64,000 nucleotides of DNA from Squalus acanthias (Eukaryota): positions 68,512,001 through 68,576,000 of the forward strand of contig CM059438.1 in the NCBI GenBank assembly GCA_030390025.1. Direction: 5' to 3'. The stretch's first letter is position 1, and the number at the start of each line of letters is the position of its first letter. The notes under the pieces are model-generated. The model did not search any database. It was not told the origin of the DNA and saw nothing but the letters and a program-made list of their open reading frames with translations. A program made the translations under genes and the position numbers. Positions 22,215-35,731 of this stretch are shown here, piece after piece.

Positions 22215-23050
22215 AGAGTTTAGGAAGGGAGTTTCAGAGAGTAGGACTGAGACACAATAGGCCAGAGTTAGAGAAACAAAGGATTTGGAGTGGAGGTGGG
22301 CCCAGAGGTAGGGTGAACGAGGCCATGGAGGAATTTGTAGAAGAGGATGAGGATTTTGAAATCAATGTATTGGAAGCTAAAAAAAAACCAGTGTAGATCA
22401 GCAGGGATTGAAGTGCCATCAAGCGGACTTAGTGTGGGACTGGGATGTGAACAGTGAAATTTTGGAATAGTCGGAGTTTGATAAAGCTTGGGGGCCAGTG
22501 AGGAGGGCATCGTAGAAATCAGGTTTGGTGGTGACAAAAACAAAAGGCTTTTCTTTGCAATGGGAGTGAGGTTAGGGCAGAAGTGGGCAAGGAGGTGGAA
22601 GTAAGTGCACTTGGTGATGGCTAGAATAGGACAGCGAGCAGGACACTGAGGATGTGGATCATCTGGTGCAACCTGATTGAGCAATTGGAGTGGGAGATGG
22701 AGTCGTTACAAAGGGTACAGCGTTTTTGGTGGGGCTGAGCGCAATAATGTTGGTCTTCCAATGTTGAATTGGAGAGAATTCTATTCATCATGACTTGATG
22801 TCGGACAGATACTCTGATAGCACAGAGGCAGTTGCGGAGTCGAAGGAAGTGATGGAGAGGTGGAGCTTGGTTTCATCAGCCTACACCCATACCTGTGGAT
22901 AGTATAGTGAAGCGATAACATATAATGGACAAAAAGGAGGGGCTGAGGATTGGAATCTTTGGGTACACTAGAATGGAGCAGGAGGTGGAAGCTACAGCAG
23001 CTGCAAAGATGGCCTCAATCTTAGAGATGGAAAGACTTGGTCAAAAGTTG
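22215..23050 (-). mobile_element. Old, degenerate L2 LINE fragments
   Basis: Minus-strand peptides such as LHW...IDFKILILFYKFLHGL resemble the L2 ORF2 C-terminus; similar to the 3061 region. Confidence 0.6.
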
Positions 23051-24459
23051 ACTGGGAAGTAGCATTGAATGGGGTGGGATTGTGGAGAGAAAGCTTGTTC
23101 CAGGAGAGCAGGGATGTAAGATTGAGGAGGGAGATGGGTGATGGTGGTGGGGCAAGGCACAGAAGCTCAGTTATGGAGTGGCAGCTAGTATGCACATAGG
23201 TGAACATAGAGCGACATCTTAAGGTACGTAAATGCCAAAAGAGAAATTTAAGCATAGTTAGGGATGAGCTGATGAGATATACCCTGAGTTTTTGTAGGGA
23301 GCATTTTTGTGTATTATGGTGACAGAGTAGCCATGTATCCATAGGTGAATCAACAGTATTGAAAAAAATATTGCATAGTTATTGCAAGATATTTGAAAAT
23401 AAGCAAGCAATACAAAAAACCGTAAGAGACTGAGTTTGATGTGTATAATTAACTAGTGACAGTGTTATTGAATGAATAATATCAAGTGACAGCAGGCATT
23501 AGAAACTCTTGTTTCTGCACTGTACATATAGTATGAGCCTGCACTGCATTTGCCAAGCAGTGTTTGATGGTGCACTTTCGTCTTGATTGCTGCTGTACCT
23601 GGTTTGAGCAGGACATGAAGAACTTTGATCTGTGTCAGGCTGGGGTCCTGTCTTTCACTCGGCTTTCTGTGCCTTCTCGCCTTCACCTTAAAAGCCTCGG
23701 CTTACAGCTTTAATCAACAACGGGTTTGATCTTTCTTGCTGGTTTACTTTGTGAAGTCACTGTACTGATCCTGATCCCCTGCAGTGATTGCTCTTTGAAG
23801 GATGCAAAGGTTTATAGGTTGTGTTTAATCACTGGGGCCCTCATGTAAAATTAACCGAGCCCTTAAGGACGGCACGATGACTGATTGTTTTCATTCATAC
23901 ATGAAAACAAAGGATGACCTTTTCTAACTATGAATTGTTCTGCGCTACTCAGCTCATTAGGCCAAACGGCTACAGTACCAAATATTGTTCCATATTGACA
24001 AATGCAGTCATGTACTCTGAAAGGGTTAATTTAATCTATTCAACACATCTTATTATGAGGCATGCAAAATATTTCAGAAGCAAGAAGATCCCCATGGAGT
24101 TAGAATAGAAATGACAGTTTATTTTGTGGTTATTAAAATATGTTTTTCCCAGCGGGTTTAATATTGGTCCGGAAATGAAGCTTTGGATTTTCACCTGGAT
24201 CATATTCAGTTTTGAATCCCAGCTGTAAAATTGTTTTCACTATGTGTGCTTCCCCATTTTATTCCTGGTTTCCTATAGCTTGCTCACTCTGAGGATGCAG
24301 TTATGTTATCAGTTTCTGCTTCACATCGATACAAAATTGGCAGCATAACTCCAGACGCACATCGCAATATGGCCTGAGAGCACACCAGTGTGAATCCCCT
24401 GAAGGAGGCCATCTCACAGTACTTGGGCTTGACAACACGTGGAGTATAACTCCAGTGCA

Positions 24460-24922
24460 GTGTCAGCTGTGGCTGAGTAGGCAGCACACTCGCCTCTGAG
24501 TCAGAAGGTTGTGGGTTCAAGTCCCACTCCAGGGAATTGTAGCACATAAAGCTAGGCTGACACTCCAGTGCAGTGCTGAGGGAGTGCTGCACTGTCAGAG
24601 CTGCCGTCTTTCAGATGAGATGTTAAACTGAGGCCCCGTCTCTCTCTCTCAGGTGGATGTAAAAGATCCCGTGGCACTATTTCGAAGATGGGCAGGGGAG
24701 TTATCCCCAGTGCCCTGGCTAATATTTATCCCTCAATCAACATAACAAAAACAGATTATCTGGTCGTTATCACATTGCGGTTTGTGGGAGATTGCTGTGT
24801 GCAAATTGGCTGCCGTGTTTCCCACATTACAACAGTCACTACACTCCAAAAAAGTACTTCATTGGCTGTAAAGCGCTTTGAGACGTCCAGTGGTTGTGAA
24901 AGGTGTTATATAAATGCAAGTC
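24460..24922 (+). mobile_element. tRNA-derived DeuSINE (SacSINE1-like); tail resumes at 25626-25652
   Basis: Pol III A box TGGCTGAGTAGG 24470-24481, B box GGTTCAAGTCC 24514-24524; Deu-like core GCTGTGTGCAAATTGGCTGCC...CATTACAACAGT; L2-like tail GTAAAGCGCTTTG...TATATAAATGCAAG. Confidence 0.85.
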
Positions 24923-25625
24923 AAAGCTTTGATGCTGGGGATGTTGGCCTGAGTGAGAACACTGACGTTGGGGCGCCTATCCTGCCAATGGATTTGCAGG
25001 ATCTTGCGGAGGCAGCGTTTGAGGTGCCTGCTGTACATGGTCCATGTCTCTGAGGCATACAGCAGGGCGGGTATCACTGCTGCTCTGTAGACCATGAGCT
25101 TAGTGCCGGGTTTGATGTCCTGGTCTTCAAACACTCTCTTCCTCAGGCAACCGAAGGCTGCACTGGCACATTGAAGGCGATCAGCTCCGATTGACGGGTC
25201 ACATCGTCCGCATGCCTGATATGAGACTCCCAAAACAAGCGCTCTACTCGGATCTCCGACACGGCAAGAGAGCCCCAGGTGGGCAGAGGAAACGCTTCAA
25301 GGACACCCTCAAAGCCTCCTTGAAAAAGTGCAACATCCCCACCGACACCTGGGAATCCCTGGCCCAAGACCGCACAAAGTGGAGGAGAAGCATCCGGGAA
25401 AGCGCCAAACACCTCGAGTCTCTTCGCCGGGAGCAAGCGGAAGCCAAGCGCAAGGAGCGCACGTCAACCCAAGCACCCCACCCACCCGCCCCTTCAACCA
25501 CCGTCTGCCCCACCTGTGACAGAGACTGTAGGTCCCGCATTGGACTCATCAGTCACCTGAGAACTCATTTTTAGTGTGGAAGCAAGTCATCCTCGGTTCC
25601 GAGGGACTGCCTAAGAAGAAGAGAG
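24923..25625 (+). mobile_element. RTE-clade LINE 3' fragment with a 5' inversion (24923-25180 minus, 25178-25625 plus)
   Basis: Peptides ASAAFG.LRKRVF...TKLMVYRA.VIPALLYASETWT (minus) and QLR.TGHIVRMPD.RLPKQALY...GGQRKRFKDTLK...CPTCDRDC.SRIGLISH (plus); (AAG)n tail; TSD AAATGCAA(G/A)TC. Confidence 0.92.
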
Positions 25626-28600
25626 AAATGCAAATCTTTCTTTCTTTCTTTCAAGCCCAGTTATAAATAGTGCTCAGGGGAAACTGTTGAACATCCTGGG
25701 CACGTTATAAACTGAATATGATTTTTTTAAATGTTTTGCGAGTGTGGGAACTCCCACCCACGCTCTCACACATTTAAAATTCATCAGTTGGGATCTAAGC
25801 TCTGTGAATATGTGCAACCATATATGCATAGAGCATTCTCTGGGGATAATTGGACAAGGGCATGCAAACGTATTTCTGCCCTCCTTTTAAAGGTATACAG
25901 TCTGTCCTTATTTTTATATAATATTTGATTTGATATTATGAATAGTGAAATAGCAAAATTTATGGCAATTTGGGAAGCAGTGAAGTAGCGTTGGTTAGAT
26001 GCAAGGAGTTTCACTGCAGCAGAGATTGAGAAGCTGGGAGATTACACTACAGTGCCCCCATTAGTGGGAGGGTGTAATTACAGTGTGACAAGTTCACATA
26101 GACAATTTCCATTATAAATGCGGGCATGGGAATTTATATTGGAAAAATTGACACAAGAGTATGACAAATGTGACATCAGAATGTAAGTGCTGACAGGAAG
26201 TGTGTGCACACATAAGATACTTTATATATGAAAATCACAGGCTAGAGATGCACAATTTCTCAATATGTGCTGAACGGGAAAATCTGCCCTAAAGTACCAC
26301 CAGTGAGTGAACTGTCTTGTTTTTACTTTAGTGGAAATTCTAGTGTAATAAACACTTTTATATCCTTAATTTCCAAAGAAACATCTTCAATTCTGTTGAC
26401 CAATCTGAGTGACACATATTAGAAGAATTCAATCGTTCTGGTGTCAATCACCTCACACAGCCATGATGACCACCAAATCAATGAAGCACCAACAGCTAGA
26501 CCTGTCAGTCGCTCGTTTACTCGCTAACTTCTCAGGTCTTTGCTAACAAAGGGGTCACACATAGGTCCAGATAAGGCAGGACATCTTTATATCCCTCTTA
26601 ACAAGCTATCTCCAGGCCTGTGATCTTGATGACTTGTGTTCTATCCCTGGTAAGGAATCTGTTGTTTATATAAGCCTTCATGCTTTAATTAGCATTAGAC
26701 CATTCCTTTCCTTTCCTAGCATCAGTTTGACTACTGACTCCATTTTGAGGACACATTTAAGGCAATTCTTAGGGCATTTCTTAGTGCATCGTTCACTCGG
26801 TTGCATCTGTGTGCTTACCTTTGTCACATTTCACCTGGACACACGTCCTGTCCAATTGTTTGAGAACCACTGCTAGATGTGCAAAGTAACTCGGTAAAAA
26901 GAGGTCACAGAGTTTTCTGCAGGACGAGACAATTTACATTAGAGTCTGGCCTGCAAAAGTGTGGAGTTGCATTGTTCTTAAGAAGCACTTTGTGGCACCT
27001 TGCTGCTTAGGTGTAGTTCTGTTCAATTTGCTTAGCTTGCCACGTTGGTTGCAGAAAACCAGGCTCTGAGATGTCTCCATTCGTCATTGGAAGTGGTAAT
27101 TATATTTTGGGTGAACAAATGTTTCAAATAACTGAACAGATATGACCAGCAATGAGGAAGATCCGCAGAAAACTGGCTTAAAAATTGCTTACAAATATTT
27201 CTCACCTTTGGATAAAAAAACAATGCAACCTCTTTACCAGGCACCGTGGTGTGGGGACGTCAGTTTTGGGTGAAGGCTTCTTCCAGCTCGCTGTCAATGA
27301 AGCTCCTTTGCCATCCACTTGGGTAAGCTGCTATGGCTTTCGTCCACTTCGCTGTGGTGAGGTGCCAAGACTCTGGTGGCTCCTTCTGAAGATCCAGTCA
27401 AGACCAAGAACTTGGTTTGTGTGGAGTTACCGCCTCCTGCCACTTTGCGGCATTGCGAGTTGGTGCACCAAGATGGAGTAGCACTGCACAGCCTGGACCT
27501 TTCAACATCATGATGGGTATTTGGGGATATGAAAATTAAATGGAAAAGTGTGAAGTATTTGAGTAAATATGAAAAAAGACATGTTGCAGATTTTTAAAAT
27601 AGCCATTAAAATGACGTTTGTCAGACACAATCCATCTTTCACAGCAGATGGCTGAATGCTCAGAGCGATCAGAAGCAAACGGGCATTTGGCAGCAGTTTC
27701 TCAAATGATGGAAAGCGCAATCACTGCATCTGAAGGAAGCGGTGATATTTAACTGGGGTAAGCCTTTAGTTCTGAATTAAAAAGATGGTGGATGAAAGGA
27801 TTTAGGTTCAGTTCAAAACCTGGCATTTTCAATTACTGGATAAAAGTACGAAGGGGCTGGACCCCAATGACATTCAGTGCTGCAGGCCATTACTGTGACA
27901 GGGCGATAATGTCTCAGTACCTCACTATTAATGCCACAACTTTTACAGACTAGATTTTATATAGTACGCAGCACGACTTGCATAATGATGATTTGTTTGT
28001 TGAGTTATTGCTTAATGATGTGGATTATCTACAGATGTAACGGCATTTCCCATTGTCATCTCAGTAATTGTTCAAGCTATTAATGCTTCACCATATGGGT
28101 TGAGAAGGCATCAGGACCTGATTTGTACTCGTTCACTCTTGCTTGTTGAGTTGGGAGTTACAGTTACTTTGATGAATGCTTGAAGATGGATGAGTAAATG
28201 GCACCCTCTTCAGGCAAAAATTAGGTTTTGCAAATATGATTTGAATTGTGTATTTAAATGTAAAACTTCAAAGCTCCAGGAGGCTAGACTTGATAAAAGC
28301 TGAGTTAGATGATGAAAAAAATCAAAAGAATTTAAAGTGTAAATCTGAGTTTATCCAAATTATGTGTGTGTGTTGTGTGTGCAGGTTTGTTTGTTGTGGG
28401 GGGAACGAGCTCACAGAAGCCTGAAGCAAAACAATTTTCCTCTACTCCTACTCAGAATAACCTTTCCTTCTATCCCTCCCTCTTTGCTCACGCTCCACAC
28501 TATACCTCCTTTGCTAATAAGCTGAAGGTAGGAATAACAATTTTGCTATAAAGGCTTGACTTTACTTGGTTCACATTCGATGGAACAGCATTCAGTTGTG

Positions 28601-28675
28601 CTGAATCTTAATCACAATGGCCTGGTAATGAAAGCACACAACAGTATGTTTTTAAAATAAAGTGAGCTTCATATA

Positions 28676-29499
28676 GGGCTGGATTTTCTCCAACTGATGG
28701 TTGTCGGGTTTCAGTCCCACCCCCAATGACGTCCGGCCAACCCACGCTATTTTCCCTTGATTGACCTTGTTAAGCCCGCCCTGTGGGCTTAGCCGGCCAA
28801 TTAAAGGAAAGCCGGTGACAGAGGACGTCACCGTATGACGTTTCATCAGTCAAAAAAATTTTACAGATGAATTGTCAGCGTTTGACAGCTTTGAGAAGCT
28901 GTCAAACACTGACAATCTCTGTTCTAAGGTGAGCCCTTGTACTCAAGACTCACCAAACCTCTCTCATTAGCTGAAAGCAGATGGCTGCTGCATCGGAAAA
29001 TGCAGCAGCCATTCTGTCATCTCTGCCATTGAGATGAGGCACCTCCCGATCCCCAAGGGTTGAAGCCTGCAGGAAGAAGCAAAGGTAAGTAAACTTTTTC
29101 TAAGACTTTGCACTCACCTCTCATACTTACCTCTGCACACTTGCACCCATCACTCACCTCCACAGTGCAATTTTTGACCCCTCTCACCCCCGCAGACCCA
29201 CTGCTCGCCTCGCTGACCCTGGTGAGGTTCGCAGCTGTCGGGAAGCCCACACTTGTGTGGGTAAAATGGGGGTAATCCTCTTAACTGCCTGTTAACTACC
29301 TGTTAACAGGCAGTTAAGTGGCTGTAATCCCCTTCCCGCCTCGAGGAGACGGGTCCCTGCGCGAATCAGGGACCCGCCTCCCGGGAAGATGGCATGGAGG
29401 TAGGTTGAGAGCGGCGTTGGTACCTGCTCCCAGTTTCTGCCATTTTCCCGGCAGTCCCGCCTCCAAATCCGCCTCCCCAGGGCTGGCAAAATTCCCCCC
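28676..29499 (+). mobile_element. Harbinger MITE, family A
   Basis: Ends GGGCTGGATTTT / AAAATTCCCCCC; TSD ATA. Confidence 0.92.
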
Positions 29500-30755
29500 A
29501 TAATACGAGTTCTATAAAAGTGGACATGACACGTGGATCACACAGCAGTTGCCCATCATTTGTACAGGAGAGCTACACTACCTCTGGGGGGAGATGTATG
29601 ACATATTGCTTGCTGTACTGATGTGAAATAAATTAATCCAGGCTCCTCCATCAGCAATGCAGCTTGTTCTACTCTCAGATGCCTGCTCTTTACAGGATAG
29701 AAATACAGGAGATGACACTGAGACATGAAGAATTCATATAGCACCAATGTCAGGGAATTGTCTTGTTTGTAGGTAACAAGGGATTCACAGGAGATAAACA
29801 AAATCTACCACTTGGACACCTGCTGAGTAAATTACCAAAGTTTCCATATCTCTTCACAGCAAACACAAAAAACTGGAGGCGTTTCAGCTTTCCCTAGTGT
29901 AATACACGGCAGGTAATAGATTTCTGGCAGTGAGCTTTAAGACAGTAATTCACTTGAACAGTTATGTTGGTACCATGAACCTGAAGAGTGAAGCTTGAAC
30001 AGCTTATGAACATGAATAGAACAGTGAGATGAAATTACTGCTTTACCAGAGACCTGTTATTTATATTAGAGTACAAATCCTAATAATGCTAAAATAATTG
30101 TTCATAGAAATGGCTGCCAGGCTTCCTGAATTCATTGATATTGGTGTGACATTGGTAAAGGGTAATATAATGTAAGGTAGGTATTGTAATTTAACTTCTT
30201 TCTTTTCAATATTACTAGGGGTTATGCTGCACACGGTATAATATGATATATACAAATGAGTGGAATGCTCCTGAAATTCATCAGTAAAAATAACCCAATA
30301 ATAGCGGAAGATCTACATCAAAAATTCAATACAGCTTCAGGTCCTCTGTTGCACATTATCCTTGCACATCGATAGAAACAGAAATGGCTAACCACAACAG
30401 TAAGTAACAGAAAATTCACATCCTGAAATATCGTAACAGAGCACCGAGCGAATTTAAAATGTTAATCCAATCAACTTAACTTTCACTCTCATAAGTCATA
30501 ATGCCATTTGAAACCTTCAGTTCAATCATTGCTCTGTGATGCACTGATATTTATCTAATATCCTTAATGGACAACATTGGATATTTTCAAAGAGGAATAA
30601 AAACAAATGTTCCTTACAAAGCTTACTAAAACAAATAATTGCACCATTTTTGCTAATATAACTGTTAGTTAAGGTCTACGCTCATTTCGTCCTAAAGACT
30701 TCCCTGTGACATCCAATGCTTTGCTCTTAGACTTTATTCTTTGCATTGAATCATA

Positions 30756-31597
30756 GGGGGTGATTTTGTGAATGGGGGCGCATTGGAGGCGGGACCGCTG
30801 CTTGTCGGGTTGATGTCCCGCCTCCATCGATTTGTGACCAACCCATGCTATTTTCCCTTGATTGACCTTGTTAAGCCCACCCAGCGGGCTTAGCAGGCCA
30901 ATCAATGGAAAGCCGGTTGCAGAGCACGTCAACGTATGACGTTTCATCTGTCAAAAATTTTTGACAGATGCATTGTCATCGTTTGACAGCTCTGTGAAGC
31001 TGTCAAACACTGACATTCTCTGCAGTTTGATGAGGTCTTGAATACAAGACCTCATCAACCTTCTTTCTTTTACAGAAATGAAATGGTTGTTGCATATGAG
31101 AATGCGACGGCCATCTCTCATCTGCAACACGGAGGTGCGAGACTCTCCGCATACAAACCGACTGAAGCCTGCAGGAAGAAACAAAGGTAAGTACACTTTT
31201 AAAAACACTCTGCACTTACCTCAGATACTCACCTCTACAGTCTTGCACCCATCACTTACCTTCACACCACACTTTTGCACCCCCTGACCCCCACAGACCA
31301 ATACTCGCCTCGCTGAGCTGGCGGGTTTTGGAGCCTTCGGGAAGCCCGCACTTGTGAGGGCAAAAAGGGAATAATCCTATTTTCTGCCTGTTAACTAATG
31401 TTAACAGGCAGTTAATAGGCTTTAATCTCTTCCCCCCTCCAAGGAGACGGGACCCGGTGTGGGACGGCTACCCGCCTCCTAGGAAGATGGCATGGAGGCG
31501 GGTTGGGGGCGAATTGGGCACCTGCCCCCAAAATCTGTCATTTTCCCAGCAGTCCTGCCTCCATACCCGCCTCCCCAGGGCTGGCAAAATTGTCCCC
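30756..31597 (+). mobile_element. Harbinger MITE, family A, inserted in a CR1 tail microsatellite
   Basis: Ends GGGGGTGATTTTG / CAAAATTGTCCCC; TSD ATA; GAATCATA repeat on both sides. Confidence 0.92.
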
Positions 31598-34500
31598 ATA
31601 GAATCATAGAATGGTACAGGACAGAAGGAGGCCATTTGGCCCTTCGTACCTGTGCCAGCTCTTTGAAAGAGTTATCCAATTAGTCCCACCCCCTGCTCTT
31701 TCCTGAGAGCCCTGCAAATTATTCCACTTCAAAAATTTATCCAAGTCCCTTTCGAAAGTTATTACTGAATCTGCTTTCACCACCCTTTCAAGCAGTGCAT
31801 TCCAGATCATAACAACTAGCTGCATAAAAATATCTCATGTAGCCATTGGTTCTTTTGCCAATTACCTTAAATCCGTGTCCTCTGGTTTCTGACCTTTCTG
31901 TCACTGGAAACAGTTTCTCCTTATTTACTCTATCAAAAGCCTTCATGAATTTGAACACCTCTATCAAATCTCCCCTTAACCTTCTCTGCTCGAAGGAGAA
32001 CAACCCCAGTTTCTCTAGTCTCTCCACGTAACTGAAGTCTTTCATCTCTGGTACCATTCTAGTAAATCTCCTCTGCACCCTTTCTAAGGCCTTGACATCC
32101 TTCCTAAAGTGTGGTGCCCAGAATTGAACACAATACTCCAGCTGGAGCCTAAACACTGATTTATAAATGTTTAGCATAACTTTCTTGCTTTTGTACTCTA
32201 TGCCTCTATTTATAAAGCCAAGGATCCTGCATGCCTTGTTAATCCTCCCTTTAATCCCATAGGCTTCAATTTTATTAATGTCTATTATGTGGTATGTTAT
32301 CAAACACCTTTTGAAAATCTATATACAATATCGACTGCAATCACTATTACTTCATCAAAGACCTCAATCAAGTTAGCCAAACACGATTCACCTTTAACAA
32401 ATCCATGCTGGCTTTCATTTATTAAACCATAATTTACCAAATGCCAATTAATTTTGTCCTGGATTAATGCCTAAAAGTTTCCCCAACACGGACATTAGGC
32501 TGGCTGTCCTGTAGTTGCCGGGTTTATCCCTCTTCACTTTTTTGTTCAGAGGTGTAACATTTGCAATCCTCCAGTCCTCTGGCACCACTGCCAGTTCTAA
32601 GGAGGATTGGAAGATTGTGACCAGAGCCTCCGCAATTTCCACCCTTACGTCCCTCAACGACCTAGGATGCTTCCTATCCGGACCGGGTGACTTTTCTACT
32701 TTGAGCACTGCCAACCATTTTAGTACTTCCTCTTTATCTATTTTTATCCCATCCAATTTCTCTACTACCTCCTCCTTTACTGTGACATTGGCAGCATCCT
32801 CTTCTTTAGTGAAGGCCAATGCAAAATATTAATTTAGTACCTCAGTTGTGCCCTTTACCTCCACAAGAATATCTAATTTTTGATTCCTAATCAGCTCCAC
32901 CCTTTGCTTTGATTACTGTTTTACTATTTATATGTTGATTAAAATCATTTGGGTTCCCTTTTATTTTACCCACTAATTTATTCTCATATACTCTCTTTGC
33001 CCTCTTATTTCGTTATTCAGTTCTTTTCTGTATTTTCTATATTCAGCTTAGTTCCCTACTGAATTATGAGCCTAACATTTATCATAAGCCTCCTTTTTCT
33101 GTTTCATTTTAATCTCTAATATCTTTAGTCATCCAGGGAGCTCTAGCTTTGGATGACTTTCCTCTCCCCCCCCCTCTTCATGGAAATGTGTCCAGTCTGT
33201 ACCTGAACTATCTCCTCTATGAAGGCCTCCCATTGCTCATTAACTGCTTTATCTGCCAATCTTTGATTCCAAGCTACTTGGACTAGATCCTTTTTCAACT
33301 TGCTAAAATTAGTCCTCCTCCAGTTGAGTATTTTCACATTCCATTTTTCCTTTTCCGTAACTACTCCAAACCTAATGATATTGTGATCACTGTTTCCCAA
33401 TTGCTCTCCCACTGAAACATGTTCCACTTGCCCTACTTCATTCCTAGAACTACATCCAGCACTGCTTCATTCCTCGTTGGGCTGAAAACCTACTGATCAA
33501 GAAAGTTCTCTTGTATGCATTTCAGGAATTCCTCCCCCGCTTTGCCCTTTACACTGTTATTTTCCCAGTCTATAATAGGATAATTGAAGTCCCTCATTAT
33601 CACTACTCTAAAGTTCTTGCATCTTTTTGCAATTTGCCTACGAACATGCTCCTCTATCTCCTTCCCACTATTTGGAGGCCTATAGTATACACCCAGCAGC
33701 GTAATAGCTCCTCTATTGTTTCTTAATTTTAACCAAATAGATTCTGTCTTTGAACCCTCAAGTACATCATCCTTTTCTAGTGATGTACCAGTATCTTTGA
33801 TCAATACTGCCACCCCCCACCTTCCTTTTTTCCTTCCCTACCATTCCTGAATACATTGTAGCCAGGAATATTAAGCGCCCATTCCTCCCATGGTTTGAAC
33901 CAGGTCTACGTTATTGCCACTATATCATAATCCCATGTGACTACTTGTTCCTGCAGCTCACCAACCTTATTTACCATGTCCCCTGCATGTACGCAGGTGC
34001 ACTCTAAACCCACCTTAGTCTGCTCGCATTTCCCGCCCTCCCTCCCCCCCCCACCCCGACACACACATACGTCTGATCTCTCCTATTTCTGATCTACACT
34101 TTATTCTAATGCTGTTTATTTCTCCCAGTCTTCTGTGCACCTTGTTTCTCCTCTCCAATGCTTCATCCTGGTGCCCCCACCCCAACTCCCCCCCCCCCCG
34201 CCCCCCGCCAAATTAGTTTAAACTCTCCCCCACAGCAATAGTTAGCCTCCCTGCAAGAACATTGGTCCCAGCCCTGTTGAGGTGCAACCTGTCCAACTTG
34301 TACAGGTCCCTCCTGCCTTAAAACTGGTCCCAAATTCTCAGGAACCTAAAGCCCTCCCTCCTGCACCATTTCTCCAGCCACACACTAACCTGTCTTATCT
34401 TACTCCTCTTATACTCACGAGCACGTGGCACTGGGAGTAATCCAGACATTACTACCTTTGAGGTCCTGCTCTTTAACTTCTTCCCTAACTCCTGAAACCC

Positions 34501-34620
34501 TGTCTGTAGGACCTCAAACCTTTTCCTAACTACGTCATTGGTTCCAACATGGACCACGACATCTGGCTGTTCCCTTGCCCCCCACAAAATGTTCTGCGCC
34601 GGAAGTGACGTCCTTCTTTT
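31598..34620 (-). mobile_element. CR1 LINE, degenerate with internal deletions; ORF1 esterase relic
   Basis: RT and APE fragments (31788-33813); SGNH motif VVVHVGTND...SGLLPVPRA (34318-34587). Confidence 0.93.
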
Positions 34621-34699
34621 CTAGAATATAGGAGCTTCTATATATAGGACCAAGCCATTAGACACAACAAGCCTATCCTACCTTCTTAATCAATTCTCC

Positions 34700-34819
34700 C
34701 TCCAGAAACTCTGCTGCCGTAATCTCGCTGGACTTGCGGTGGTGCAAATGGGATTTCCGTCACTCTTCTGGTGAAGTTGCGGCAGTGGAGCAGTGGAGCA
34801 GTAGAGGAAATGTCCGGCC
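34700..34819. mobile_element. Short MITE-like repeat (related copy at ~36770-36867)
   Basis: Shared ATTTCCG.CAC.CTTCTGGTGAAGTT and ends GGAAATGTCCGGCC / GGAAATACCCAACCC. Confidence 0.45.
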
Positions 34820-35388
34820 TAATAAATTTAAAGGAATGATTATCATTTTCTTGAATAATAAGCAGAATACTTTGATCAAGATATCCCCTGAGACTTTCCT
34901 TCCCCTTTTAAATGAATCCTGTTTTATCAATGAGCAGAGATCAAGATTCACTCTACATGGTAGCGACATTGTAAAAAGATTCAGAAGAAATCTCATCATG
35001 ATCTTTACATTTGACCATCAATGATTATAATTGAATGACATGGCAAACTGACAGTAATTATTACTTTTACCTCCCTACTCTGCCTGCAACTCACTGAAAA
35101 CTTTACAGCAGCAAATCACAGTCATACTCATCAGCAATTATCTACCTCTCCGCAACTGTCTCCTCACAAACTGTATTTCATTAGTGAAAACTTGGGTTGC
35201 AGGGTTCATGACTTTGCATTTGAATGTTATTTAATGAAATGGATTTACATTTTCATATTCAAGTTTCCAAGAAAATTAAGCTAATAGTCACAAACACAGA
35301 ACCAGATCTTTTTTAATGACATGGTGCTAATTCTTTAAAGAAGTGCACTGAATAAAGTATTAGTATCATTTGTGAAGGTTAGTTCAAA

Positions 35389-35731
35389 TCATAGATTCAT
35401 ACAGCACAGAAGGAGGCCATTTGGCCCATCATACCTGTGCAAGCTCTTTGAAAGAGCTATCCAATTTACTCCCCCCGCTCTTTTCCCATAGCCCTGCAAA
35501 TTTTTCCTTTTGCAAGTATATATCCAATTCCATTTTGAAAGTTACGATTGGATCTGTTTCCACCATCCTTTCAGGGAGTGCATTCCAGATCATCATAATT
35601 CACTGCGTAGAAAAATTTCTTCTCACTCCCCCCTGGTTCTTTTGCCAATGATCTTAAATCCCACCCTCCTGCCAGTGGGAACAATTTCTTCCTATCTACT
35701 CTATCAAAGCCCTCATAATTTTGAACACCTC
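35389..35731 (-). mobile_element. CR1 3' fragment
   Basis: Tail CATAGA...ACAGCACAGAAGGAGGCCATTTGGCCC, as at 31598. Confidence 0.85.

Noticed and set aside
24449..24575. tRNA gene, and 14-bp repeat ACTCCAGTGCAGTG upstream of and inside the SINE
   Set aside because: A/B boxes run into a SINE body without a full cloverleaf; the short repeat is probably an older SINE remnant or chance.
26041..26085. CTCF-like site or snoRNA-like hairpin (GTGCCCCCATTAGTGG)
   Set aside because: Spacing deviates from the CTCF core and no second H/ACA hairpin is evident.
27241..27322. Candidate exon (TACCAG|...|GTAAGC; TVVWGRQFWVKAS or HRGVGTSVLGEG)
   Set aside because: Phase does not join the 21975 donor directly and no convincing domain (no PWWP motif).
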